A DNA stretch of 63,884 nt, filler included, from an uncultured Acidimicrobiia bacterium (GTDB lineage Bacteria; Actinomycetota; Acidimicrobiia; Spongiisociales; JAOTWH01), in assembly GCA_964347285.1 (NCBI GenBank). It is 3 parts of 3 records of this genome, joined end to end, with 100 filler letters (N's around TTAATTAATTAA, not from the genome) between each part and the next. Parts side by side here need not be neighbours in the genome. Positions count along the whole stretch, not along the records: positions 1 to 27,444 come from CAYFYE010000022.1; 2 more parts are not named here. The stretch is one strand, 5' to 3'. Below are positions 1 to 9,884 of the stretch, in pieces. A model generated the notes under the pieces. That model was not told where the DNA came from and made no database searches. It was given only the letters and a program-made list of their open reading frames with translations. Position 1 is the stretch's first letter. Every line of letters begins with the position of its first letter. Position numbers and translations under genes: made by a program.

Positions 1-1
1 A

Positions 2-1189
2 GCCGGCCGTTACGTGGTCGATCGCCGGGCTACCGGCCAAAAGGGCGTGGGTGGCCGGGCTGCTGTTTTCGGCCAGCGGGCCCAGGAGCGGGTCGAGGCC
101 CACCAGGTCGTTGGGCGCTCCGGTGAACGAGCAGTCGGTGGGCGCCATCGCCCCCAACAGATTGAAACCACTCGTCGCCACCGAACCGGCAAAACGGAAG
201 CAATCGGGATTGGGGGCCACGCCCGAGGTGGCCGTGTTCCCGGACAGGATCGTGGCGCCCAGGGTCGCCGACCCTCCCTGCACCCACGCCCCCCCGCCCC
301 GGAACGCGGAGTTGGCGTAGATGGTCGAGTGGGTGGAAGTCAGCGCTCGACCGCGTAGGAAGAACCCTCCCCCCTGGCCGAGTCCGCTCCCCTGGACGAT
401 GTCCAGGGTGCCGGCCTGGTTGCCGCTCAACGTGACGTTGGTCATAGTCACGGTGCCGCTACCCACGGCGTTGAGGCCTCCGCCGTCGTTCCCGGCCCGG
501 TTCCCGCTCAGTGTGCTGCGGACGATGGTTGCGGTCCCCATGTCGGCCAGGTGGACCCCTCCGCCGTGGTTGGCGGTGGCGATGTTGTCCTTGACGGTGG
601 AGTCGGTGATCGTCAGTTGATTGCCGTTGCCGACCGAGGAGATGCCCCCGCCGCTGGACCCGGCCGTGTTGTCGACCACCGAGGTCGAGACGATCGAGAC
701 CGTGGCCCCCCGGTTGGCGATCCCTCCGCCGTTGGCCACCGCCATGTTTTCGGTAACGACGCTGTCGCCCAACTCGAGCGAGGTTCCGGCCCCTTCGACG
801 CGGATGCCTCCGCCGCCTCCACTCGGACCGGCGTCGCCGTTGGAGCCCCTGCGGATGGTGACGCCGCTGATCTTGACCGTGGCACCGCCGGTGACCGTGA
901 CCGTCGTCCCGGCCAATCCTCCGTCCAGGAACGTAGCGGCGGCCCCGGCCCCGCTGAGGGTGAGGTTCTTCGCGATGGTGAGGTTCTCGGTGCAGACACC
1001 GGCGCCGATATCGATCGTGTCGCCGGGCGCAGCGGCGTCGATCGCCGACTGAAGCGTTGGCGGGCCGGGACAGGCGACGGTCGCCGCCTCCGCCGATGCG
1101 GACGAGACGAGTGCCAGTGCCGCCCCCAGCGCAAATACCGCGCTCCCGATGACGAGTCTCCTATGAGGGACGATCCGCCGGGCCTCCAT
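2..1189 (-). CDS. Secreted right-handed beta-helix protein (Pmp-like GGG(I)..N repeats, choice-of-anchor Q-like C-terminus); runs off the window start
   Basis: Absent from the ORF track because it has no stop in the window. Manual translation from ATG 1189 (GGGAG RBS): MEARRIVPHRRLVIGSAVFALGAALALVSSASAEAATVACPGPPTLQSAIDAAAPGDTIDIGAG..., repeated NxAxxxGGGI motifs, DPLLGPLAEN..THALLAGSPAID. Confidence 0.85.
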   Translation of the reverse strand, partial: MEARRIVPHRRLVIGSAVFALGAALALVSSASAEAATVACPGPPTLQSAIDAAAPGDTIDIGAGVCTENLTIAKNLTLSGAGAAATFLDGGLAGTTVTVTGGATVKISGVTIRRGSNGDAGPSGGGGGIRVEGAGTSLELGDSVVTENMAVANGGGIANRGATVSIVSTSVVDNTAGSSGGGISSVGNGNQLTITDSTVKDNIATANHGGGVHLADMGTATIVRSTLSGNRAGNDGGGLNAVGSGTVTMTNVTLSGNQAGTLDIVQGSGLGQGGGFFLRGRALTSTHSTIYANSAFRGGGAWVQGGSATLGATILSGNTATSGVAPNPDCFRFAGSVATSGFNLLGAMAPTDCSFTGAPNDLVGLDPLLGPLAENSSPATHALLAGSPAIDHVTAG

Positions 1190-1333
1190 GTCACTCCCCG
1201 ATCGCGCTTCGGGCAGCTTTCGGTACGTGGCCTACTACGGCCCCACTGCCCTGCTTTTCCAGAGCGTACCGACGCGGGCGGACAGACGTCCGGGAAGGGG
1301 CCGGCGAAATGCGGTCGCCGCCGCCCAGTTGCC

Positions 1334-2092
1334 TTACCGGCGCGGTTTGATCCCTTCGATGGTGAACGACGCCACCGGGGTCTCGTCGTGTCTCGATACT
1401 TCGACCCCCTCGTGGCGCGGCCGTACCTGGACTTCTTCGAAGCCGGCCTCGGTCAGCCAGCCGGTATGGTCCTCGACCGTGGCCGCGCCCCCCACACACG
1501 AGGCGTAGAGATCGGGATCATTGCGAACCTCGGGTGGAAGGGGCGATACCGCCACGAGGTCGCTCACCGACAGCCGCCCGCCGGGACGCAGGACCCGGTA
1601 GGCCTCCCGAAACACTCCCGCCTTGTCCGGGGACAGATTGATGACGCAGTTCGAGATCACGACATCGACGCTGTCGTCGGCCACCGGAAGGTGCTCGATC
1701 TCGCCGAGACGGAACTCGACGTTGTCGAAGTGATTGCGGGCCGCGCTCTCTCGGGCCGAACTCAACATCTCCGGCGTCATGTCCACACCGATGACCTGGC
1801 CCTCCGGGCCGACCCGCCGGGCCGCCAAGAAGCAGTCGAACCCACCACCCGAGCCGAGATCGAGAACGACCTCACCGGGACGGAGGGCGGCCAGGGCCAC
1901 CGGATTGCCACAGCCCAGGCCCAGGTTGGCTTCGGCCGGCATCGATTCGACGTCCTCGCTCGAGTAGCCGAGTCCGGTGACGTCGGTTGGCGACGCCTCG
2001 GGTCCACAGCAAGATGACCCCTTGGCGGCGATCTCGGCGTAGCGATCGCGCACGCCCCGGCGCACCGTGTCTGCTTGAAGCTGATCGACCAT
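1334..2092 (-). CDS. arsM: Arsenite S-adenosylmethionine methyltransferase
   Basis: N-terminal SCC, LGLGCGNP, VLDLGSGGGFD, ISNCVINL, ASCVGGA; GGAGGAG RBS before ATG 2092. Confidence 0.85.
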   Translation of the reverse strand: MVDQLQADTVRRGVRDRYAEIAAKGSSCCGPEASPTDVTGLGYSSEDVESMPAEANLGLGCGNPVALAALRPGEVVLDLGSGGGFDCFLAARRVGPEGQVIGVDMTPEMLSSARESAARNHFDNVEFRLGEIEHLPVADDSVDVVISNCVINLSPDKAGVFREAYRVLRPGGRLSVSDLVAVSPLPPEVRNDPDLYASCVGGAATVEDHTGWLTEAGFEEVQVRPRHEGVEVSRHDETPVASFTIEGIKPRR

Positions 2093-2101
2093 GACTCCTC
2101 C

Positions 2102-2155
2102 ATATATCGATCTATGTCGATATATTAGGGGACGCATAGATGGATGTCAATATAT
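2102..2155 (-). promoter_or_regulatory. sigma70-type promoter of arsM with overlapping palindromic operator (ArsR/SmtB-like)
   Basis: Minus strand TTGACA (2150-2145), 17 nt, TAATAT (2127-2122); perfect inverted repeat ATATATCGA-N6-TCGATATAT at 2102-2125; degenerate second copy over the -35. Confidence 0.8.
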
Positions 2156-2176
2156 AAATGAGCGCCTGAATTCGAT

Positions 2177-5100
2177 TTACTCCTCGTATCCGGGATGGGC
2201 GATCTTCCCGACCGGCTGCCTCCCGCCGACCGTCAACGCCGAAGGGATGTGCGGCATCGAGCGGCGCAAACCCTGCAGTAGCACATACATCGAGGCGGCC
2301 TGCTCCAGCGAAAGGACTTGCCCCTCGGCGGCGGCACCGTTGGGCTCGGTTTCCAGCACGGAGAAATCGCCGGTATCGATCCGGGCGGTGAACGCCGGTG
2401 AGGAGTACCGCAAGTCGCCGTTGAGCTCGATGCGATGGGTCTCCCCGTCCCAGCGAGCCACCAGTGCGGCGGTGTCGCCCTCGTAGAACATCATGAAGGC
2501 GTTGTCCTTCTGGGCCTCGAAGTCCTCCCGATCGAGGTAGAGGCGGGGCTTGTCCCGGTAGGGCTCGCCCGAGGTGGGACAGAAGGTGACGCAGTTGCCG
2601 CACTCATTGCAGAAGTCGGTCAGCACCACGATCTGGTAGCGCTGGTCGACCTGCCACGGCGACCTCTCTCCCGCCACGACCTTTCCCCCACTCACCGTCA
2701 GCTCGGCCAGCTCGACGGCGAACGGCTCTATCTGGTACGTCATCAGCGCCATGTTGGGGCACACCCCGACGCACAGGCTGCACAGGTTGTGGCAGTCCAG
2801 GCAGCGGCCGGCCTCAGCCATGGCCTCTTGGGGAGTGAAGGTGACGATGGTCTCGTTGAAGTTGTTGCGCTGGTCGAGCGGGGTGTGGGTGATCGGTACC
2901 CGGTACTCCCGATGGGCCCGGCGGATGATCAGGTCGTGGAAGTCGAAGGTCTGGGGCACGGCCCGCTCGCCGTTGGGCGGACCCTTCACCCTGGCGATGA
3001 GGGCCTCGGCCATGGTTTTACCGTCGCCGGCGGCCATCACGATGGACTGTGGGCCGTGAGCGGACACGTCGCCGATGGCAAACACCCCGTCGATCGAGGT
3101 CTCGAAACGCTCGTTGGTGGCGATGTAGCCCCGATCGGTCAGCTCGGGCGGGGCGTATCCGAAGAAGTCCAGAATCGAGTGCTGACTGATCGCCAGCAGC
3201 AGGGTGTCGAGCGGGATCTCGAACTCGGACCCCTCCACCTCATGAGGGATCTTGCGGCCCGAGGCATCTCGGTCGCCTCGATACTCGTTGCGGGCGCACA
3301 CCAAAGCGGCCAGCTTCCCGTTTTCGACACGGAGCGCCTTGGGCTTGGCCAGCTCCACCACCTTGACACCTTCCGCCGTAGCGGCATGGACCTCCTCGCG
3401 ATCGGCCGGCATCTGGTCGATGGTGCGCCGGTAGATCAGCGATACGTCGCTGGCACCCACCCGCCAGGCAGAACGAACGCAGTCCATGGCCGTGTCGCCG
3501 GCGCCGATGACGCCCACTCGCTTTCCGATGTCGGGCGGCTCCCCGTGGCGCACCGCCCGCAAGAAGTCGATACCGTCCATGATGCCCTCGGCGTCCTCAC
3601 CGGCCAGTTCCAGCTTTTTGGGGAGCTGGGCGCCCACGGCGATGACCGTGTACTCGTAGCCCTCGTCCTCGAGCTGCTCCAGGGTGAAATCCACTCCGGC
3701 CTCTACTCCGTAGTGGATCTCGACGCCCAGGGCCTCGAGCACCGCCATGTCTTGGTCGATTTGGGCCTGGGGCAGGCGGAACTCGGGGATGGCACCTCCC
3801 ACCATGCCGGCCGGGTAGGGATGCATCTCGAAGATCGTGACCGTGAATCCGGCATACGCCAGCTGCTCGGCGGCGGCCATGCCGGCCGGACCGGCTCCGA
3901 TGATCGCCACCTTGACCCCGATCGGCTCGGCCCGCGGCAAGAGATACGGCTGTCGCTCGTGTTCCATGATGAACCGCTTCATCTCCCGGATGGCCAGCGG
4001 CTCGTCGTAGTGGGTGCGGATGCACACCGCCTCGCACAAGTGGTCGCACACCCGGCCCAGAATGGCGCCGAGGGGGTTGTCCTCCCTGGTGATGGCGACT
4101 GCCCCGGCGAAGTCGCCCTCCCGCACCGCTTGCATGTATTGCGGCACCTTCTGGTCGACGGCGCACCCGTCCTGGCACGGAGCCTCGATGCAGTCGAACA
4201 ACCCCAGATGGCGCGGGGTCTTGGAGCGGTCGGTGCGGTAGGTGTCCTTGATATTGCGCTTGTCGGTCCGGGCGGCGGCGGCGTAGTGGCGCAGGTTGAC
4301 CAAGGCCATCTCCGCCGGCGACATGCCCTCGGTGTCGCTGTGGCGAGCGGCCGACGTGGCGATGAACTCGTCCAGGTTGCCGGCACCTACCTCGTCCTGG
4401 GCCTTGCCCAGCTCCTCGAAGTACTGGAGCATCCGCAGGTAGCCGCCCGACTTCAGAAAGTCGGAGCACACGGTGACCGTGCGCATCCCGGATCGGAGCA
4501 GCTCGGGGGTGTTGAAGGCATCGGCTCCTCCGGCGAAGGAGATCAGCATGCCGGGGAACGCCTCGGCGATGCGGAGCGCCAGATTTGTGGTGACCGGATG
4601 CAGCGCCCGTCCCGACAGGTACATCATTTCGTCGTCCGGGAAGACGGTGCGCCAGTTCTTGACCTCCAGGGTGTTGGTGAGCTTGACGCCGAAAGTCAGA
4701 CCCTCCCGCTCCCCCACCTCCCGCAGGTTGGTGAACATCGGCACCGCGTCCTCCCACCACAGGTCGTGCCCGAAGGCCTCGTCGGGGACGGGGACGTCGC
4801 GGAAGCCCAGCTCGTCGTTGACGATGGTGCGCACGGCTTCGGGACCCAGCAGCGTCGGGTTGCACTTCACCGAGGTATGCAGGGCCTGCTCCTCCATGAG
4901 GTAGGTACAGATGGCCTCGATCTCATCGGGGGGACAGCCGTGCATGGTCGACAGCGTCATCGAGTCCGATAGGCGCTCCGGTATCTCGATGTCGGCCACC
5001 TCGGGGCAGTGCCGGGCGACGATGTCGATGTACTCCTGCTTGTAGGCCGAGGCGTCTCGCATCCGGTCGAGGTACCACTGGACATTGGGCTTCTTGATCC

Positions 5101-5572
5101 CGGCCAGGTCGTACCCCACGCTCATATTGAAGATCATCCCGGGCGAGTCGCCGGGGAAGCCCAGCCGGCGGTGCAACGCGTGGATGAGCACCCAGGCCCG
5201 CAGGTACTCGTCGAACGACTCGTAGACCTTCAGCTCCTGAGACCATTCGACGTTGTAGCCCTCGTCCTGGCAGTCGATGCAGGGCTTGTTGATGTCGAGC
5301 TCGTCGAGGGTCTGGATCGTCTTCAGCTCGAGAAATCGAGACCCGGTCAGCCAGGCCACGACGATGTTCTGGGCCATCTGCGAGTGAGGCCCGGCGGCCA
5401 CCCCGAGCGGCGTTTCCAGCCGGTGCCCGTACTTGTGGGTGATGAAGCGGTCGGAGCCGGGCCGGAAGAATGCCCGGCGGGGGATGCCGAAGATGGCGTC
5501 GCTGTGCTCCAGCTCGGTGAACACCCAGTCGGTGAGCTGCTCCATGGCGATCGGATGAAAGCGATCAGACAC
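2177..5572 (-). CDS. ygfK: YgfK-like Fe-S flavoprotein oxidoreductase (putative selenate reductase subunit family)
   Basis: GVAAGPHSQMAQN, TLSTMHGCPPDEIE, KLTNTL, GltD-like GRVCDHLC, two GAG(P/D) dinucleotide-binding motifs, C-terminal CLDC..CSLCVGVCP and CNECGNCVTFCP ferredoxin motifs. Confidence 0.9.
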   Translation of the reverse strand: MSDRFHPIAMEQLTDWVFTELEHSDAIFGIPRRAFFRPGSDRFITHKYGHRLETPLGVAAGPHSQMAQNIVVAWLTGSRFLELKTIQTLDELDINKPCIDCQDEGYNVEWSQELKVYESFDEYLRAWVLIHALHRRLGFPGDSPGMIFNMSVGYDLAGIKKPNVQWYLDRMRDASAYKQEYIDIVARHCPEVADIEIPERLSDSMTLSTMHGCPPDEIEAICTYLMEEQALHTSVKCNPTLLGPEAVRTIVNDELGFRDVPVPDEAFGHDLWWEDAVPMFTNLREVGEREGLTFGVKLTNTLEVKNWRTVFPDDEMMYLSGRALHPVTTNLALRIAEAFPGMLISFAGGADAFNTPELLRSGMRTVTVCSDFLKSGGYLRMLQYFEELGKAQDEVGAGNLDEFIATSAARHSDTEGMSPAEMALVNLRHYAAAARTDKRNIKDTYRTDRSKTPRHLGLFDCIEAPCQDGCAVDQKVPQYMQAVREGDFAGAVAITREDNPLGAILGRVCDHLCEAVCIRTHYDEPLAIREMKRFIMEHERQPYLLPRAEPIGVKVAIIGAGPAGMAAAEQLAYAGFTVTIFEMHPYPAGMVGGAIPEFRLPQAQIDQDMAVLEALGVEIHYGVEAGVDFTLEQLEDEGYEYTVIAVGAQLPKKLELAGEDAEGIMDGIDFLRAVRHGEPPDIGKRVGVIGAGDTAMDCVRSAWRVGASDVSLIYRRTIDQMPADREEVHAATAEGVKVVELAKPKALRVENGKLAALVCARNEYRGDRDASGRKIPHEVEGSEFEIPLDTLLLAISQHSILDFFGYAPPELTDRGYIATNERFETSIDGVFAIGDVSAHGPQSIVMAAGDGKTMAEALIARVKGPPNGERAVPQTFDFHDLIIRRAHREYRVPITHTPLDQRNNFNETIVTFTPQEAMAEAGRCLDCHNLCSLCVGVCPNMALMTYQIEPFAVELAELTVSGGKVVAGERSPWQVDQRYQIVVLTDFCNECGNCVTFCPTSGEPYRDKPRLYLDREDFEAQKDNAFMMFYEGDTAALVARWDGETHRIELNGDLRYSSPAFTARIDTGDFSVLETEPNGAAAEGQVLSLEQAASMYVLLQGLRRSMPHIPSALTVGGRQPVGKIAHPGYEE

Positions 5573-5616
5573 GACTCACCCTCCCCGTGCGCTCGATGCC
5601 AACTATGCCCGATTCC

Positions 5617-6639
5617 TCACAGCCGGGCATGGAGCCGGGCCGCCTGCTCCCGGGCCTTGGCCCGCACCTCGTCGGCGTCCACTCTGGTGGGTTTGCCGTC
5701 GGCGAACACCACCTCTCCGCCCACCTCAACCCGTAAGGGCCGGATCCCGGACGTGAAAGCGATGTGCCACGGATCCATCGGCTCGTAGGACCAGGTCACG
5801 GTGTCGTTGCGGGCTTCGGGGACCAGGTCCCAACCCTTCTCCAGCCACGACCAGGCCGGCTCGGGGGTGGCCGTGACGTCGACGGTCCGGTGCAGCACGT
5901 AGGCGAGGCGAAACGCTTCGATCATGTTGGCGCCGATGCCGTCGGTGCCGAGCGCCACCGGGTTGCGGAAGCGCACCGGGTCGGCGTAACCCACCGAGTT
6001 GTTCATGTTGGACCGGGGATTGTGGAGGATGGTTCCCGCCAGCTCGTGGTCGGTGGGCAAATGGACGCCGTGGGCCAGCAGCCATCTCTCCTTGGTGAGG
6101 CCCGCCAGCCGCTGCGGGGCATCGATGTCCTCGGGTCCCTCGGCGACGTGGATGTGGACACCCACTCCCAGATCGTCGGCCAGCCCGGCGGCAGCCGCCA
6201 GCGTCTCCTCCGAGCAGGTGAACGAGGCGTGAACGCCGACCAGGCCCCGACCTCCCTCCTTCAGAAATCGCTCGTTCTCGGCCAAGCCCCGCTTGGCGCC
6301 CTCTGGGCCGTGGCGGTCGGTGACCCCGTAGGCACACAGCGCCCGAACGCCCACCTCGGCGCAGGCCTCGGCGATGACGGACAGCGACCCCTCGATGGCG
6401 CCGGGCGTCTCGTTGTGGTCGACGATGGCGGTGGTGCCCGCCTCCAGGGCCTCGACGGCGCCGAGCATCGCCGACCAGCGCAGCATCTCCAGGTCGAGGG
6501 CGGCGTCGAGCCGCCACCAGATCTGCTCCAGGATCTCCTGGAAGCTCGTGGGGGTCTTCGGGGGCGGAGGCATTCCCCGGGCCAGCTCTGAGTAGAGGTG
6601 ATGGTGGCCGCATACCAGGCCCGGCGTAGTCGCGGTCAA
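5617..6639 (-). CDS. ssnA: SsnA-like amidohydrolase
   Basis: PGLVCGHHHLYSELARGM, IWWRLD, GTTAIVDH, GVHASFT, HIHVAEG, HNPRSNMNN, LGTDG; TTG start overlaps the xdh stop. Confidence 0.8.
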   Translation of the reverse strand: MTATTPGLVCGHHHLYSELARGMPPPPKTPTSFQEILEQIWWRLDAALDLEMLRWSAMLGAVEALEAGTTAIVDHNETPGAIEGSLSVIAEACAEVGVRALCAYGVTDRHGPEGAKRGLAENERFLKEGGRGLVGVHASFTCSEETLAAAAGLADDLGVGVHIHVAEGPEDIDAPQRLAGLTKERWLLAHGVHLPTDHELAGTILHNPRSNMNNSVGYADPVRFRNPVALGTDGIGANMIEAFRLAYVLHRTVDVTATPEPAWSWLEKGWDLVPEARNDTVTWSYEPMDPWHIAFTSGIRPLRVEVGGEVVFADGKPTRVDADEVRAKAREQAARLHARL

Positions 6640-9221
6640 GCGTCGACCTCCAGGGGCTCATGGACGTTGAAGGGGAGGCGGGTCCGCCACTTGCCGTCGA
6701 CGGCATGAAACGCCGCCGCCACCGCCCCGGCGGTGGGCACCAGGCCGATCTCACCGATGCCCTTGATGCCGTACGGCGAATCGGGCTGGGGCTTCTCCAC
6801 CAGGATCACCTCGACGGGAGGCATGTCCTTGGGGCGGAGGATCGCCAAGCTGCGCAGCGTCATGTTGGTGGGTCGGCCCTCATCGTCGCACGGAAAGTCC
6901 TCGCTGAGGGCATAGCCCAGACCCATGTGCACCGAGCCCTGGATCTGACCCTCACACAGCGAGGGATTGATGGCCTTGCCCACGTCGTGGGCGGCGATCA
7001 CCTTCTCGATCTTTCCGGTCTCGGGATCGGCAATGACCATCTGGGCGGCGTACCCGAAGGTGGAGTGAATGATCGGGCTCTCCACCTCGTCGTAGAGGGA
7101 GTTGGTCCAGTTGACCCGGTACTCGCCCAGATAGTCGATCCCGGTGTGGCGTCCGCCCTCTTTGGCGACCCGGCATGCATCGGCGACGGCGCCGGCCCCC
7201 ATCAGCGTGCCCCGCGATCCGGTGGTCTGGCCGGCATTCAGGTCCCTGGTGGTGTCGACCACGACCCGTACCGAGGCCGGATCGAGTCCCAGCTCCTCAC
7301 AGGCCACCTGGCGGGCAACGGTGTGGATTCCTTGGCCCATCTCGGTCCAGCAATGCCGGACCTCTACGGTGCCGTCCTGCTCGAAGCGGACGACCGCCCG
7401 GGAGATCTCGTTGGCCCCGTTGCCCAAGCCCGAGTTCTTGATGCCCAGCCCAATGCCGACCGCCCGGCCCGCCTCGCGGGCGGCGTCGTAGGCCGGCTTG
7501 AGCGCCTCCAGACAGGCCTTGGCCCCGAGGCTGCCGTCGTCCATGACCTGGCCGGGACCCCACACCTCGCCCGGCTCCACGGCGTTGCGCCATCGCATCT
7601 CCCAGCCGGAGAGGCCCGCCGCCGCGGCGAGACGGTCGATGATTCCCTCCATGGCAAACTGCGCCTGGTTGGCCCCGAAGCCCCGAAAGGCACCACACAC
7701 CGAGTTGTTGGTGCGCACCGCCACCGACTCCACGTCGATATTGGGGAAGACGTAGGGGCCGCCGGCGTGGCCGGCCGCCCTCTCCAGGACCTTCATCCCC
7801 ACCGAGGCGTAGGGACCGCTGTCTCCGATCATGCGGGCTCGAAGGGCGGTGAGCTTGCCGTCGACGTCGCAGCCGGCCCACGCCTCGATGCGGATGGGAT
7901 GGCGCTTGGGGTGGAGCAGAAACGACTCCTCGCGTGACAGGGTGCACTTCACCGGCCGGTGCAGCAACCAGGCGGCCAGCGCCGTCTGGGCCTGGTTGGA
8001 CATGTCCTCCTTGGCTCCAAAGGCGCCACCGTTCGACACCAGCTCGACGACCACTCGATCCGGCTCAACGCCGAGCACGCTGGCGATCTGGCGCCGGTCG
8101 TCCCACACCCCTTGGCCGCCCGAGTACACGAGGAGTCGACCGTCCTCGAGGTGCATCGCCAGGGTGGACTCCGGTTCCAGGAAGGCATGCTCGATGCGCT
8201 GGGTCTGGAAGACCTCATGAACGGTGTGGGCCGAGCCGGCCAAGGCGGCATCGACGTCACCGCGGCTGTAGCTCGAGGTCGAGAGGATGTTCCCCTTGAG
8301 TCCCCACACCGCATCCTCGTCGCTCGACATTGCCGACAAAGGATCGGTCAACGGCGTCAGGACGACGTACTCCACCTCGACCAGTCGGGCCGCCTCACGG
8401 GCGATCTGGCGGCTGTCGGCTACCACCATGGCGATGACGTCGCCGAGGTAGGACGTCCGGCCGCCTTCCGGAATGAACACCGGCCAGTCCCGATCGATCA
8501 GGCCGACCCGGAGCTCGCCGGGCACGTCGTCGGCGGTGAGCACGCGCACCACCCCCGGCATCTCCTCCGCCTTGGTGGTGTCGATGCGAACCACATCGGC
8601 TCGGGCGTGGTCGGCCAGCCGGAAGGCCCCGTGGAGCAGGCCGGCGGGGTTCATGTCGTCGACATAGGGGCGGTCGCCCAGGGCCAGCTCCAGCGCCTCG
8701 TACTTGATACCGGACTTGCCGATCCCATCGGCCAGCTCCGGCATGGGAATCTCCCCGGCCGCCAGCATCTCGATGGCCTCGAAGATCTTCGTGTAGCCGG
8801 TGCACCGACACAGATGCGCCCCCAGGCGTCCGGCCGCTTCGGCCGCGGTGAGATCCGGACCCTTCTTGTCGAGAAGCGCTTTGGTACGCACCAGGATGCC
8901 CGGCGTGCAGAACCCGCACTGCAGGGCGCCCGTCACGGCAAAAGCCGTCGCCAGGCGCTCCCGTTCATGGTCGGGGAAACCCTCCAGCGTGGTCACCACG
9001 GTGCCGGCGGCCTTCTCCATGGAGGTCTGGCAGGCAACCACGGCCTTGCCGTCGACGAGCACCGTACAGCAGCCGCATTGGCCGGAAGGGGAGCAGCCGT
9101 CCTTTGGCGAGATGATGCCCAGCTCGTCACGGAGAGCAGCCAGCAAGTGGGGGTGGTCAGCCGACACCGTCACTGCGGTGCCGTTGACCTCAAGGTTCAC
9201 GGGTCCGTTGGGCGAGGTCAT
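6636..9221 (-). CDS. Xanthine dehydrogenase-family molybdoenzyme with fused 2x[2Fe-2S] and Mo domains (selenium-dependent XDH-like)
   Basis: KDGCSPSGQCGCCTV, QCGFCTPG, HLCRCTGY, EHAFLEPE, GGAFGAKE, GAFRGFG, GQTTGSR, GIKGIGE. Confidence 0.85.
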   Translation of the reverse strand: MTSPNGPVNLEVNGTAVTVSADHPHLLAALRDELGIISPKDGCSPSGQCGCCTVLVDGKAVVACQTSMEKAAGTVVTTLEGFPDHERERLATAFAVTGALQCGFCTPGILVRTKALLDKKGPDLTAAEAAGRLGAHLCRCTGYTKIFEAIEMLAAGEIPMPELADGIGKSGIKYEALELALGDRPYVDDMNPAGLLHGAFRLADHARADVVRIDTTKAEEMPGVVRVLTADDVPGELRVGLIDRDWPVFIPEGGRTSYLGDVIAMVVADSRQIAREAARLVEVEYVVLTPLTDPLSAMSSDEDAVWGLKGNILSTSSYSRGDVDAALAGSAHTVHEVFQTQRIEHAFLEPESTLAMHLEDGRLLVYSGGQGVWDDRRQIASVLGVEPDRVVVELVSNGGAFGAKEDMSNQAQTALAAWLLHRPVKCTLSREESFLLHPKRHPIRIEAWAGCDVDGKLTALRARMIGDSGPYASVGMKVLERAAGHAGGPYVFPNIDVESVAVRTNNSVCGAFRGFGANQAQFAMEGIIDRLAAAAGLSGWEMRWRNAVEPGEVWGPGQVMDDGSLGAKACLEALKPAYDAAREAGRAVGIGLGIKNSGLGNGANEISRAVVRFEQDGTVEVRHCWTEMGQGIHTVARQVACEELGLDPASVRVVVDTTRDLNAGQTTGSRGTLMGAGAVADACRVAKEGGRHTGIDYLGEYRVNWTNSLYDEVESPIIHSTFGYAAQMVIADPETGKIEKVIAAHDVGKAINPSLCEGQIQGSVHMGLGYALSEDFPCDDEGRPTNMTLRSLAILRPKDMPPVEVILVEKPQPDSPYGIKGIGEIGLVPTAGAVAAAFHAVDGKWRTRLPFNVHEPLEVDA

Positions 9222-9268
9222 GGAGCATCAACCATACTCCGCACCCGATATTCGGCGGCCGCGTCTGC

Positions 9269-9790
9269 TCAGGGCAGCTCTTCGACCGAGAAGCCGTCCT
9301 CGGTGGCCACCACCAGCACCCCATCGCCCTTGGGCAACGGCGGAATAGTGATACCGGTCAGGCCCAGCACCGCGGCCTCGTTGGTGGGGCTGTGGCCAAC
9401 GACCAGGGCTCGTCCCCCATCGGGAAGGGCGTCGAGGATCCGCCGGAGGGCGGCACTCAGCGCGGCAGAGTCCTCCTCGACCAGCTCGGGATCGGCCGCT
9501 CGCAGCGAGTCGAGGTCGCCGGCTCCGGCCTGTTTGTAGGCGGCTCGCCACCGATCCTCGAAGGCGGAGCGCAAGGCGGGCTCGACCACGATGCCTCCCA
9601 GAATCCGCTGACCGAATCCGGCCAGGAGGCAGGCCAGGGTCTGGGTGGCCCGTTGTGCCCCAGTGGATACGGCCACGTCGTATCCGCCTCCGAGGGTACG
9701 CCCGATCTCCACCGCCTGGCGCACCCCGATATCGGTCAAGACGTCCCCGTCGCTGTCGGTGTGCCGCAGCAGTTCGATGTATTTGGCCAT
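9269..9790 (-). CDS. Histidine phosphatase superfamily protein
   Basis: LLRHTD, RATQT and LVVGHSP motifs; GGAGAGG RBS. Confidence 0.7.
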   Translation of the reverse strand: MAKYIELLRHTDSDGDVLTDIGVRQAVEIGRTLGGGYDVAVSTGAQRATQTLACLLAGFGQRILGGIVVEPALRSAFEDRWRAAYKQAGAGDLDSLRAADPELVEEDSAALSAALRRILDALPDGGRALVVGHSPTNEAAVLGLTGITIPPLPKGDGVLVVATEDGFSVEELP

Positions 9791-9884
9791 GCTCTCACCT
9801 CTCCCAGCACCATTCTGCCCGGCCGGTCAGCTCGGCGCCGCCCACGGCAATCCCATCGCGTTTCGCCGTCCTAGGGTGGGCGCC

